NCBI GenBank assembly: GCA_028534125.1
Contig: CM052816.1
Coordinates: 80,478,001-80,542,000, forward strand
From: Lama glama
Lineage: Eukaryota
Direction of reading: 5' to 3'
Length of the DNA stretch: 64,000 bases
The position numbers and the translations under genes were made by a program. Of this stretch, positions 26,993-39,311 are shown one piece after another; position 1 is the first letter of the stretch; each line of letters opens with the position of its first letter. The notes beneath the pieces are model-generated. The model was not told where the DNA came from, made no database searches, and saw only the letters and a list, made by a program, of their open reading frames with translations.

Positions 26993-28118
26993 TTCTCTGG
27001 ACCGTAGTGTTCCTTCCACTGCCCCAGGAAGTGTGTTTATCTGGCTCAACTCAATGTCTCCCTTTATACTTCTTGTGTCTCTGGTTTCTTAATTGAAGCG
27101 TTAGCTCATGGCTTCTTTTTACCAGCCACATACCTACACAGAAGAATGGCTGGCTTATTGCTTAGAGGTGATAATTCTTTTTTTCACCCTTGATTTTGCA
27201 CTTTCTCTAGGTCTATTTCTCTACCTTTGGAGAACCAGGAAATGAATGAATAGAAAAATCGGGTAGATTTATTTTTCTCAGTAATTACATAGGTTGTGAT
27301 TATGTGACTGCTATTGCTAGGGGAGCATTTTAGATGGCTGGGAAGAAGAGCGTTTGGTTACTCAGTTAAAAGGACAGACATGAACAAGAGAATTAACGAA
27401 GCAACTCAGAAAAATGGTGCTATTAAATTACCAAATTGTGGCATAGAATTAAAGTAGAGGATCTTCACTATATTTTTAAAGTTTATTTTTCTAACCGTGG
27501 AAGTAATATAGAAAATACAATAGCATGGATAAAAGGAAAAATTATCCACAATCTTGCTTTCTCTAATGAGTTTCCAAGAAATTTCAGAGCTGAAATGGGA
27601 ATGCCTTGTTATTTTGTGGGTTCCCTTGTCCCTTAAAGTTAGGAGAGCACCTTACTCCAGAATAGTGTTCCCTTTGGGAAACAAAAACTTGCCCGATTTT
27701 GACCCGTGTGCACATTTATTGTTGGTGTATTACTTTGGGGTATACTTTTAGGTCTTAACAGAGTTGGAGGTGGATAAATGTGCTGAATAAGTATAGAGGT
27801 TGGGAAGGAGGAACAAATGACTAAGTTAATGTGCTGGCTCATTTGATGCTGGATGACATGTCTTTTGAATGAATGAAGGGGCCTCAAGGAAAGTTAGGGG
27901 AGGATGAGTTCCTATTTGTGGGGTTCAGGTTTCCTATCAGAACCAGCCCCTGACTGTCAGCTGGTGGCCCTGCTTGTCCGGGATTGTGGCCCCAGCCCTG
28001 CGTGGGTGGACTCCGGTTCTCTCTGTGAGTGACTTCCTCTTGGCCCAGGACATGCCCTCAACAACTTTCCAGGTCATTCCTCCTCTCCGGGTCATTTGAT
28101 ACCTTCAGCATTAGAAAA

Positions 28119-28443
28119 GAGTTGACCCTTGAACAGCGCAGGAGTTGGGGGTGCTGACCCCCACAGTTAAGCCCACCTACTGCTGTCTGCGCCTCAAAAA
28201 CAAGGGAGCTGATAAATGACTCACCCAGAGGCAGGAAGCTGAAACAGTTTGCATGGAATCAGGACTCAAACCTTTGCACTTTTGATGCCACATGTTATGA
28301 TCTCTAATCAAACACAAATTCTCCCCTATACTTAGTTAATTTAAAGATCTGAAAAATGAAAATACAGGTACTGTATTTATTGGGGAAAAAACCACATATA
28401 AGTGGACTCGTGCAGCAAACCTGTGTTGTTCAAGGGTCAACTA
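28119..28443 (-). mobile_element. Tigger2/MER8-type MITE with both terminal inverted repeats
   Basis: TIRs agttgacccttgaaca / tgttcaagggtcaact. Confidence 0.8.
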
Positions 28444-28546
28444 TACTCACATGGAAACTCCTCCCCAGAGTAAGGAGGAGAGATGACATGAAGAGGGCCT
28501 CGGGGGTCTACCTGATACTGACGTAGTCCTTCTCCAGTATCCACTC

Positions 28547-29046
28547 NNNNNNNNNNNNNNNNNNNNNNNNNNNNNNNNNNNNNNNNNNNNNNNNNNNNNN
28601 NNNNNNNNNNNNNNNNNNNNNNNNNNNNNNNNNNNNNNNNNNNNNNNNNNNNNNNNNNNNNNNNNNNNNNNNNNNNNNNNNNNNNNNNNNNNNNNNNNNN
28701 NNNNNNNNNNNNNNNNNNNNNNNNNNNNNNNNNNNNNNNNNNNNNNNNNNNNNNNNNNNNNNNNNNNNNNNNNNNNNNNNNNNNNNNNNNNNNNNNNNNN
28801 NNNNNNNNNNNNNNNNNNNNNNNNNNNNNNNNNNNNNNNNNNNNNNNNNNNNNNNNNNNNNNNNNNNNNNNNNNNNNNNNNNNNNNNNNNNNNNNNNNNN
28901 NNNNNNNNNNNNNNNNNNNNNNNNNNNNNNNNNNNNNNNNNNNNNNNNNNNNNNNNNNNNNNNNNNNNNNNNNNNNNNNNNNNNNNNNNNNNNNNNNNNN
29001 NNNNNNNNNNNNNNNNNNNNNNNNNNNNNNNNNNNNNNNNNNNNNN
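28547..29046. other. Assembly gap of exactly 500 N
   Basis: Run of N; the round size suggests a scaffolding placeholder. Confidence 0.99.
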
Positions 29047-30686
29047 TCTGAAAAATGAAAATACAGGTACTGTATTTATTGGGGAAAAAACCACATATAA
29101 GTGGACTCGTGCAGCAAACCTGTGTTGTTCAAGGGTCAACTATACTCACATGGAAACTCCTCCCCAGAGTAAGGAGGAGAGATGACATGAAGAGGGCCTC
29201 GGGGGTCTACCTGATACTGACGTAGTCCTTCTCCAGTATCCACTCCTCAGCCTGGCCCATCCTGTGCTTAGGAGGCCCAGGGTGACTTTGGAACCTGTCA
29301 TCAGACCTGTGAAGGACCCAGTGTCCTGTCACCCTGGATGTAGCCTTTGTCTTCAGAGAGTGATTTAAGACCAGTGCAGCATTTACAAATGAGTAAGTCT
29401 GTGGAGCCCAGGCGAGCCCTTTGGGTGGTTTATCTACTTCCATCTTCTCTTGAGTAGTAGTCCTCTTTGTTACTGTCCCAAAGTCAGGCTCCGAGGAGCT
29501 CATGTTTGATGAATGAATAATAAAATTCAGATTAGATTCACTAGAATGTAATTACCATTTTTTTCCTGTTTTGTTTACTGTTCTGTATTCCACCCCACCC
29601 CCACAAATCATTATGAGGTGAATGAATCCATAAACTTCATTCAGCACATACTTATTGCTTATGAAAAATCACCAGGCTCTAGGCTATCTTGAGTTACACA
29701 GATGACTGAGACACTGATTCAGTTCTCCCTTGTAAAGAAAGTCTCCCGTCTCAGAAAGATGCTGCTCAAATGGCAAAAGACTCAGGCAAAAGAAAGTTAA
29801 ATGAAACGCAGAGCTTTGAGTTGGAAAATTAATAGTGGCTAGTCTGTTTTTATTTGCTGCATTTGATAATAGAGAAAATAAATAATAAACTTCTGCCATT
29901 GATGTATAACAAAATAATATCACACTGACCTTTACTAGAAAAAAGCAAACTGCAGAGTCTCTTTGTGACACTTGTCTCAAAAACAAAGTGCTCCATGATT
30001 ACAGCTAATAGAATGTCCCCTGGGATTATAATTGATGTCTCCTGAGTTCCCCCTTCTGGTCTGTGATACCCAGAGGGCTAAGGAAAATGATGTAATCATG
30101 CCTTTAGAATACACTAGCGAAGCTGAATTTTACCATGAAAAGATGACACAAAAATATTGGAGACTAGAAACCCCTAGCCCCTGCCTCCAATATGGGGGGA
30201 AATTTTAACAATTCTAGATAATAAGCTTTAAAAAAAAAAAGAATTCCTTAGTTGCAGATAGTGGACTGGACATGAATATGAGCACATTCTCTGAGGTTAA
30301 AAAGAGAAAGAAGAAGAAGAAGAAGAAAGAACAGGAAAAAAAAAGATGAGAATGCAGACACCAGAGGTTAACCAAACGTGAAAGATAGTGGCTTCCCTGG
30401 AGCTCTGAATTCTGCATTTTCAGAGTCCATGCATCAGAACCTGAGAACAAGTTTCTGAGCTCACAGAAAGAAGGTCGAGAGCTAGAGGGAGATGCATGTG
30501 TGAAGCCAAAACTTTGAAAGTGACATTCTCAGTGGAGGGGTGTACTAGAAACCAATCAGACTGATCAACTAATAAAATAAATATTCTGCAGAGGAAAAGT
30601 GTAAGGAAATGGACCTACTTTGGTCTAGGTTCTGGGTTGAGGAGGATGCCACATACTATACTAGGAGAAAAACAATGTTCTGAAAC

Positions 30687-31285
30687 TGTTAAAATAGGTA
30701 GACAGCTAGATATGAGCAGAGAAATGGGAAACCCTTTGTAAGGAAACCATACATCTTGTAAACAACGAGAGTCCTTGGGCAAACAAAGAAAAGCAGGAAC
30801 CTTTAGACTGACAAGAAGTCACTTCTCTTGAGGCAACAGGAGTCCTGGAGGCAGACAAGGAAAGGTGGGAAAAGGTGGGAATCCCTGGCATCTGCATGTA
30901 ACCTTTTGCTCATTATGCCCTCATTACAATAAAATTAGCTTTACAGATGAGAAGTACCGATCACACACCAATGCCATTATATTTCCAATCAAGACTAAGT
31001 AAGGACAAAATTTCCTCCTCCCCTTGGGAAAGTGGAACTGTGGTGAAAATCAGGAAATACAACCCCAAACCCCTTCCTCCCCAATGAATATTCCACCCAT
31101 TCATTCGTACACCCCATCTAACCTGCTTGCCAAGGAAACTCAGGGCAGCTACTCATCTGAGCCTGCCCCGCGCTCTCCCAGAGAGCATGTTACTGCTTAA
31201 TAAATCCTCACTTTGCTTTCTTGACCTCCATGTCTCATCTCTGAATTGTTTCTGAGACAAGACAAGAACCTAGTCACCAGTTACA
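30687..31285 (+). mobile_element. Solo ERV1-class LTR, sense to ADAMTS12
   Basis: TGTTA...TTACA termini, perfect 4-bp TSD aaac, AATAAA at 31199-31204 followed by U5-like sequence (ctgaatt...gacaagaacc). Confidence 0.85.
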
Positions 31286-34200
31286 AAACCTGTATGAATA
31301 TAAATATTATACTTGTAATAAATTTTCTTGCAAGAGGTTATATTAGTGTGAAATTAAGCGTTAAGTAGAGGAAAAGAACTGTAAATATGTCCATATGTAT
31401 GTGTTATATGCCCATATGTATGTAGATATGACCAGATATAATAAAAATTATCTCATCAGGCTGGAATTGTCCTCAAATATGGGACAGATGGTTTCTCAAG
31501 TCTCTGTGAACTATTTCTCTGATGAGTGTGCTCAGAGATTTCTTTATTCGTGACTTTCAGCTTGACTGTTGCTGTCTTGCCAAGTTAACATTTTTTTTTT
31601 TAACTCGGGACTCTGGGGGTACTGGAAGAGCTTGGACCTATTAAAGCCCTGGAGCCAAGCTGGGGAAATGAAATATCAAACAGTCGTGTGTGATCTGGGC
31701 GGTAGCGGCCACAAAAGTAGCTGACTGTTAGGTTTCTTATTAACAGACATGCTGAGCCTTTGATGCCATGGGACAGAATGTTAATAAATGAACAGGCCAG
31801 TAGGTATCACTGAGAATTTTCTTGCTGCATTTGTAAGTGCTTATGAATTGAGGTTCCCAACCATGCATAGTGTTTTCTTCCCCTCTCCACAAAACCTTGG
31901 GATCTTTAAATCTCTTAAGAAGACTCATGGAATTGTCTTCTCTGGAACAAGAATGGGCATGTAGTCTTTAAGAACGTACTGCTTCTAGAAGCCACTGGGG
32001 GATCCGTCTTATTCCTGCTAGTGACAGAGTGGAGGTATTGAAAGAAAACCCACTACGTATTTACATTGAATCAACGTGCTGAGCTGAGGGGATGGCTCAA
32101 ATACTACCACTTGGAGATGGAAGCAGCCTACCCCCTGAGGGTTATGGATGAGAAGAAATAAGGCTTACAGGCATGGAGGGGGTGGGTAAGTCATCTTATG
32201 GTTCAGGATTATATGTTTAGGTATAATAGGAAACCCCAAATACAATTTACTTATTTAAATATTGTTACTGAATACAAGGAACTATTCTAGGTGCCTGGGA
32301 TAAAGAAGCAAACAAAACAGCCCTCTTCCATTCTAGCTGAAAAATGGACTTTTGTTCATCACTCACATCAATGAACTTCGGGGAGAAAATGTCCCAGCGC
32401 AGTGTAGTGCTCTGCAGTCCTCAGAACTCTGCCTGTCTGTCTTCCATCTTGTTGTTCTATCTTGTGACATCTGGCTTCCACTTCCTTGTCCAGACCATCC
32501 ACATTCAGGCCAGGAAGAAGGAAGAGGAAAAGAAGTACCCATCCTTCCCTTTAAGTTCTACAAGTTACATGGAGCACTTCCCTGTGTCCCATTGGTCAGA
32601 ATTTAGTCAGAAGATAGGCTGGGACATTTAGTCTTTATTCCAGGAGGCCATGTGCCCAGCAAAAAAGCAAAGAGGAAGAACAAATACTGGGACAACTGGG
32701 GATCTGACACTGTCATCGTAAAGGCAGACACAGATTGCCTTAGGCATGATACGGTATTTGATATGGTAGTTTTAAGACCAGATACAAACAGCAGAGAAGG
32801 AATAGATGGGGAAGGGATACTGAGAGGGTCCCCGCCTTAGGTTACCCACCACCTTAGAGTGGCCTAAATCTGTTTAGATAGAACTGATTCATTTTTCCTT
32901 CTATGTCAACAGTTGGCTGTAGGTCCATGTGAGCATGAAGGAAGGCCTGTTAAATCATTTGCATCATATTTGTTAAGCATATATCATGTTTAGAGAACTT
33001 GGTAATCTTTAAAAGTGCTGCCAGAAAGTGTAGGAAAGTAGATTTGGAGTCCAGGGTGGGCCTCAATGGCGTGACTTAAGTAAGAGGTCTTTCTGGTCTA
33101 CCAATATGTAAATCTTCAAGACCTAAGAAGAAAGCATAATCGGTGTGAAGAAACCTGGGTTTCTATTCTTGCTCTGTAGCTCCTGGACAAGACTTTTTTC
33201 CCCTTTATTTCCATGCACATAATCTTAGGATGACAGATTCTTGTAATCTCAAGAGGCTTTAGCAGGCATTTAAGCTAATTTCCTTCCTGAGCTTGTCTTC
33301 CTTAAAGCTGTATTTCCCAAGTGATAGACATGGGACACTGGGCAGTAATAGGAGCTCTGAAGACAAGTCCCAAGGTCAAGAAATCTTGGGAAACAGTGTA
33401 TTAAATTCCCCACTTGGAGATTCACAATGATTAGTTTTATAGGCTAGTAGAATTCCATACCTTACACGAAAATGTAAGTCTGTAGGAGTAAACTCTTCAT
33501 GAATGCCTTCAGAAAAGGAGAGCTCACCACTGAGGACCTGAGACTATCAGAAGCTTTTCATGGTGCCTTGGACGAAGTGTGCAGGTCCCTGGGTTTTTCA
33601 CAAATCCCTCAGTCACAGGCTAAGGAGAGTGTCAACAGAGTTCTGCCAACTTTGCACGTGCTGGGATTCATTATCCCTGACTGATTACTCAGTTTTGCTT
33701 GGTTTTCCTTCTGCCCCTAGCTGCCCCCTCCACATCTGGTCTTCACTGTGAGAAATGCCTGAGTACATTTCTATCGGAACACGAGGAAGGGGAAGAAAGT
33801 ATGTGGGATGAGATCTCAAACCTTCAGAATTCCTTGTCGTTCCAAGCATTGGCAATGAATGAAACTGATCATTTAAAATAAAATGATAATGGACCAGATT
33901 GTTTTATAAATTCTCATTCTGATCGACTGTCCAGAGAGATAGATCCTGAAACCTTTCACCTCTGCTTGATGTAATTACATTGTGATTTTTGGGAAGTTTC
34001 ACGTTTCCAAAATGATTAATCACTTCCTTCCTTTTTTAGTGGCATGTTCGAATGAAGTGAGGGTTTCATAAGGCAAGACCAGTCAGCCCTTGGAGAGCAT
34101 TTTTCATTTTTGTTTTTTCAGGTGTTTATACTTTCTGTCCACACCCCTAACCTGGGAGTAGTTACTTTTGCCATTTACTGGTTACTGACGCTTAGACTCA

Positions 34201-35150
34201 TGCAGCCTCCCTTGTTGATGTTTAAAGACAGATGTTTTCACTTGAATAGTGGCCAGTTTTGAGGAATAGATAGTCTATTACCTAAGTGTAAAAATATTTT
34301 TGGTTCCCAGTGAATGAGGTAAACTTTTTTGAATGAAAATGAGCGTCCTGGCTGAGGCATTTTGAATCTACCCAAAGCTTCCTGAAGATGGGAACACCTT
34401 TGGCAGCTCAGCCATTTTTGATAAGAACATGAACCCCAGCTTTGACATTCAGCTCTGTTGGGAAAGGCCACACTGTTCTGCCAAGAAGGGGACCTGCGTG
34501 CAACTGTGTGATGGTAGCAGACTGCTGCCAGTTGTGCTTGAGTCATGGAAAGGTGTGTTTATTCAACTCAACACACCAGAGTTGAAAGGTCTCTAAGATA
34601 TCGTGTCATCTAATGGCTTAAAGCTGTGCCATGTGGAATCCCCCTCAGGGCCATCTGCCACATCACAGCCACTTTCTTTGCCTTGCTGTTTGCAAAATCT
34701 GTGTGTGGAGAAAGGGTTCCATAACTAAATGAAATTTCCAAGTCAGAGTTCAGTTTAATTTCCTTGTTACATAGGAGTGGGATGGGGGTGGTGATGAGAA
34801 CACTTGTCCAAGGTCATGAGACTTGTGAGTGGCTCCACGCAGAAGTGGTTCAGGCCAAGCCCACAGGGCTGGGGAGGGGGTGGTTGTCAGCAGTGGGCCT
34901 GGACAAGCTATCAGACTTAAGACATTCATCTTCCTTTTTTCCAGGCAAGTAACATCCAGGAAGCCCACCCCTGTCTCCATGCCACTGTCCTAAATGAGAT
35001 CCAAACCTGCTCATCTAAGTGCTCATGTGCTGCTTATGGGCTATGAGACTTTGAACAAATTTGAATAAGTATAACCTCTCTGCATCTCACTTTTCTCATT
35101 TAAAAATGGCAATAATAAGACTTACCTCAGATAGTTGTTGAGAATTAAAT

Positions 35151-35262
35151 ACAGTTGGCCCTCTGTATCTGTGAGTTCAGCCAACCACAGATTTCATCCA
35201 ACCTTGGATTGAAAATACTAAGGAAAAAAAAATCCAGAAAATTCCAAAAAGCCAACTTGAGT
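35151..35262 (-). mobile_element. MER2B-like Tigger fragment
   Basis: ta|cagttggccctctgtatctgtg...ccagaaaattccaaaaagc. Confidence 0.7.
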
Positions 35263-35635
35263 GTCCTTACTTACACTGCCCATTTGGCTAGATTTCTCCC
35301 CTTAAAGCAAACACTGCCTAGTCTCAGTGTGGAGAATCCTCTAACTGAAACAGTCATCTCCTGGAAGTGAATAACTCTTGCCATTCTTCTTTGTTTGTGG
35401 ATCATAAATCTGTTCCAATTCATCATCAGTTTTTCCTTCACCCATGCATCAAGCATTTATTGGGTGTCACTGTTTGCCAGGTGCAGTATTAGGCGCTGGG
35501 TGCAAAGCTAAAGGAGCTCTCGTCCTTCAGGCACTTAAAGCCTCACTGGACAGCCCTGCAAGCAGCAGGAAGTCACAGCAGTGCAGAAAGTGCTCCACCC
35601 CAGGCCTGCCCAGGGAGGGATCTCTAAACAGCGCG

Positions 35636-35992
35636 TGTGTGGTGTGGACTGAGCTGTGTCATCCCACTTTTCCTGTGCTGAAGCTCGAACTCCCAGTGTG
35701 ACTGTAGCTAGACAGAGGGGTTTTAGGAGGTAACTAAGGTTAAATGACACCATAAGGGTGGGGTCCTAATCCAGTAGGATTGGTGTCCCTATAAGAAGAT
35801 GAAAAAGAGATCCGTCTCTCTCTCCACATGCGCACAGTGGGAAGGCAGCCTTCTGCAAGCCAGGAGGAGAGCTCTCAAAGAGCCTGTCCGTGCTGGCATC
35901 CTGACCTTCCAGCTTCCAGGAATGTGAGAAAAGAAATTTCTGTTAAGTCACCCAGTTGATGGTATTTTGTTATGGCAGCCTGAGCTAAGACA
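35636..35992 (+). mobile_element. MaLR solo LTR (MLT1A/MST-like)
   Basis: ataagggtggggtcctaatccagtaggattggtgtccctataagaag...tgttatggcagcctgagctaagaca; 5-bp flank gcgcg / gctcg. Confidence 0.88.
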
Positions 35993-35993
35993 G

Positions 35994-35996
<3 letters not shown>

Positions 35997-36028
<32 letters not shown>
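35997..36028 (+). repeat. (GT)16 microsatellite
   Basis: Perfect GT dinucleotide run. Confidence 0.95.
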
Positions 36029-36031
<3 letters not shown>

Positions 36032-37759
36032 CCAGGGGGTGGGGAGCTTCCCAGAATTGCTGGCGCCTTACCTGCCCCTGAGGGACTGTCTGGCTTTGTC
36101 CTCAGGCCTTGAAGATAAATGTGTAGGGCTGGCTTCTTGTACTTTCTGAAATTCCTTAGCTGAGTCTTGGATGACTTCATCAGGACTCAGTGAAGTCAGC
36201 CTAGATATATCTATATGATCCTCTTTCCTAACTCCGTCCCACCAGGGTCCAGTTCAAATCCCATCACTTCTGCGGAGCTCTGGCACTGTCTGTGAGAGAA
36301 CTGATCTCTCTCTCCTTGGGAATTATTTGCAACCTGATCAGGACATTTTCATACGTTCTTGTTATCTTATCCACAATTAGATTGGCTGTCACATCAGTGC
36401 AAGGATCGTGTCACTGACTTCTTTGCCGTAGGAAGTCACAGGAAGGCAGAGTAGGGCTCGCCCTGAGGGCCTGGGCCATACGTGTTGGTTGTTGCTGTTG
36501 TGGAGTCAGACAGACTTGGCTGGTTGGTTGTGTCGTTTACTATGTGACTCTGGGAAAATTACTCAATCTCTTTGAGCCTTGGTTTCCTCATCTGTACTAA
36601 GGTGGTAATATTAGGGCTTCTCTGATGGTCTGGCTGGTGCAGTGAATGAGGGCATTGGGTACAGAGTGCTTCACACAGGATTTGACCTTCAGCAGGTGCT
36701 TAGTGTAAGTCTTGTTGAAAACTTTTAAACAGATGTATGTCTTTACCAGACCCCATCTCTCACCATCTCCACATTTCCCCCTACAGGCCCGTTTACTGAG
36801 TAACTCATCTGACTATTTGCTGAAAAAATGAAAATAACCTGATGGGCTTTAAACATGACTTCCTTTTTTTTCCTTTAAACTCTTTTTCTCAACATCAAGG
36901 AGATAAAAGGTAGAGGAGGGGGAGGAGAGAAGGAGAGAGAAAAGAAAGAAGCGACTGGGAGAAGCAGAGAAATCATCTTTGTCCTGCCAGTGTCTTACCT
37001 GTGCTGGCCTCCTGCCAGCCCCTAACCTTAGACGCCTGAGGGCCTGGGAGGCGGGGGGACCACAGCCAGCCAGGGACTCAAGGCTGCAGCCTGGAGCACA
37101 GGGGCCTCTTTAATGCAGGGGTTGCATACTGCACGGTCTCTGCACGGTCAACTGCAGAGAGCTGAGGGCTATGCAAGGGAACCTGTGCCGAGGGGAGGGG
37201 TGCCCAGCCTGAGGGCCAAGTGAGACAAGGAGACCATGTCACCAAGGGCTTCGTGAAGGCAGTGGGTTGCCCAGGTACACAAGCTCATGGGGAGCACTGA
37301 GCATCCTTGCACCTTGGAGGAGATCCACCCCCACGTGGCAAGGACAGGAGGAGGCCGAGAGGAGGCGGTCGTACCTAGCCCGTGCGGACGGGATTCCTCT
37401 ACTTGGCCCAGTCGGCTAGCACCCCTTCCAGAAACAGACCCCTCGTGGGCTCAAGTGTGGCTTGCTCCCTGGCTTGGGCAGAAAGATTTAGAAACAGATA
37501 GTAGTTTGAAACTGTTCCCATGAGCTTCAAAAGGAGATGAGAGGGTGATAGACAGAAGGTAGGAAGTGGTGCAGAGTTAGAAACCATCGGTGTAAAGTCT
37601 TTGGAGATTTCTTAGCAAAGTCGTACTTATCCATGCAAAGTTAGTGCAGATGGACCATAAAAAGTTACTCTGCCACCAATGAGGGCTTAACTGTCTCCCC
37701 ATATGTAAGCTTTCATAGGGCTTCCCTACACCTAGGATTATGTCTCATTTCTTTGGTAA

Positions 37760-38120
37760 ATATTGCTCAGCGTGGCGTGTTCCAACTTCACACACGGTGA
37801 AACGGAGGAACCGTGATGAGCTACACAGAAAACCAGTGTCATCAACTCTGCAGCCCAAAGAGCGTGTGGGGAGAAGGGAGGGTATGGACGGTAAGGTTTC
37901 AGTTGTCCCAGTTCCGTGTCTGAGGCGGGGCCTCAGGAGGGGCCGGTGTTCGAGATCGCTTTGCAGGACAGGACCAGACTGATAAGCGGAAATTCCGGGA
38001 GGAAGTTTCAGCTTGGTGCAGGAGAGAGCTGCCTAACAGAACAAGACGGCCTGTCAGGTGGTGGGTGCCCCCGGCTCCGGCAGCGTTCCAACTGAGGCTG
38101 GATGGCCGTCACCGGAGATG
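37760..38120 (+). mobile_element. L3/CR1 3' fragment, unusually CpG-rich
   Basis: gaagtttcagctt...gcctgtcaggtggtgggtgccccc...gttccaactgaggctggatggcc resembles the L3 3' end. Left boundary uncertain. Confidence 0.5.
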
Positions 38121-39222
38121 AGGACGGGGCTGTGAGGTTTGCTGCTCTGCTCTCGTGTTTTGCCCCAGCCAGGGGTCCTGGGTGCCGATGAGAGCAGGTA
38201 GGAGGTGTGTGGCTGTCTTCCTGATAGAAATCCTCAAAGACTCAGACTTCGTTTCTCCATCAATCCAGGCTTCTTTCCTTGTTTACCCTTTCGGTAAATT
38301 CATCTTTCGTCAACTGCCTACGCCATTCCGAGCCCACTGAAAGCTTTTAGACTTGACCACCCCTTGGGTTAAGCTTCCCAGGGTGTGAAGCAGCACCTTA
38401 TTCTTACTTGGGTTTTAAATAAACCTCTCTCAAGTTTCAAAGAGGTGTTTCTCCAACTTCTGGGAGTTTGAGGATGATTCCAGTTTTCTTCATGATTCTA
38501 TAGTCTCTCCTGGGTTTTGCCTTCCAAACTATGATCCTCATACATAAATATTTTCCATACTGAAACCTGTTAGTCACCCTGATAATTCTACTGTCCTTCA
38601 TTAGATCCTTTCCAGCTCTTTTTATACCTTTGAAGTAGGATGTCTTGAACCACATGCAGCTTTTCCAGCTTCCATGTGCTCCCGTCTTATGCACATTTAC
38701 TCTGTGGGAGACGGTATGATGTCTGTGAAAATGCATGATTTGGGGGTATAGAAAATCCTGGATCTTCCACTGATATTATAGGGGGCTGTGTGACTTTGGG
38801 GAAGTTGTTTAACCAGCCACTTTGAGCATCAGTTTCCACATTTGCAAAATGGAGATAGCAGTATGTCCCTCAGAGGTTCATGAGGATAAACAAGTGGGCA
38901 TTTCAAAGCCTTGTGCACTGCCTTGCTCCCAGTAAGCACTGAATAATTTAGAGGAGGAGGAGAAGGAAAAGAAAGAGAAAGTTCCCATTCTTGATTATAT
39001 CTTTTTTAATGATGAGGGATCTCTTTAATGAAATAGATAATGGCTATTTCAAAGCAGTACTTTGAGTCTCCCTGTTATATTCAAATTTCACTTATTTTGA
39101 TCATATTCATTTCAATTGATCTCTTCTTGCATTTTGGTCATATATATAAGAACATTGCATTTGCACATTATTAAACCTAAATTAAGCTTACAGCCTTGCA
39201 TCTTTAAAAACATAAGTGAGAA

Positions 39223-39226
<4 letters not shown>

Positions 39227-39280
<54 letters not shown>
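39227..39280 (+). repeat. (GA)27 microsatellite
   Basis: Perfect 54-bp run ending 31 nt before exon 4. Confidence 0.98.
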
Positions 39281-39283
<3 letters not shown>

Positions 39284-39311
39284 AACCCATTATATTCTGG
39301 TCAATGTTTAG

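Larger units (their letters stand above)
1..39311 (+). other. ADAMTS12: 3' part of the long ADAMTS12 intron preceding exon 4
   Basis: Exon 4 starts in phase 1 in mid-propeptide; no upstream ADAMTS exon was recognised in 39 kb of repeat-rich sequence. Confidence 0.85.

Noticed and set aside
28447..29139. 230-aa minus-strand ORF, the longest in the track
   Set aside because: Mostly X residues from the N gap; an artefact.
34925..34950. Recursive-splice-like ttccttttttccag|gcaagt
   Set aside because: Established recursive sites regenerate a GT donor; this has GC and no other support.
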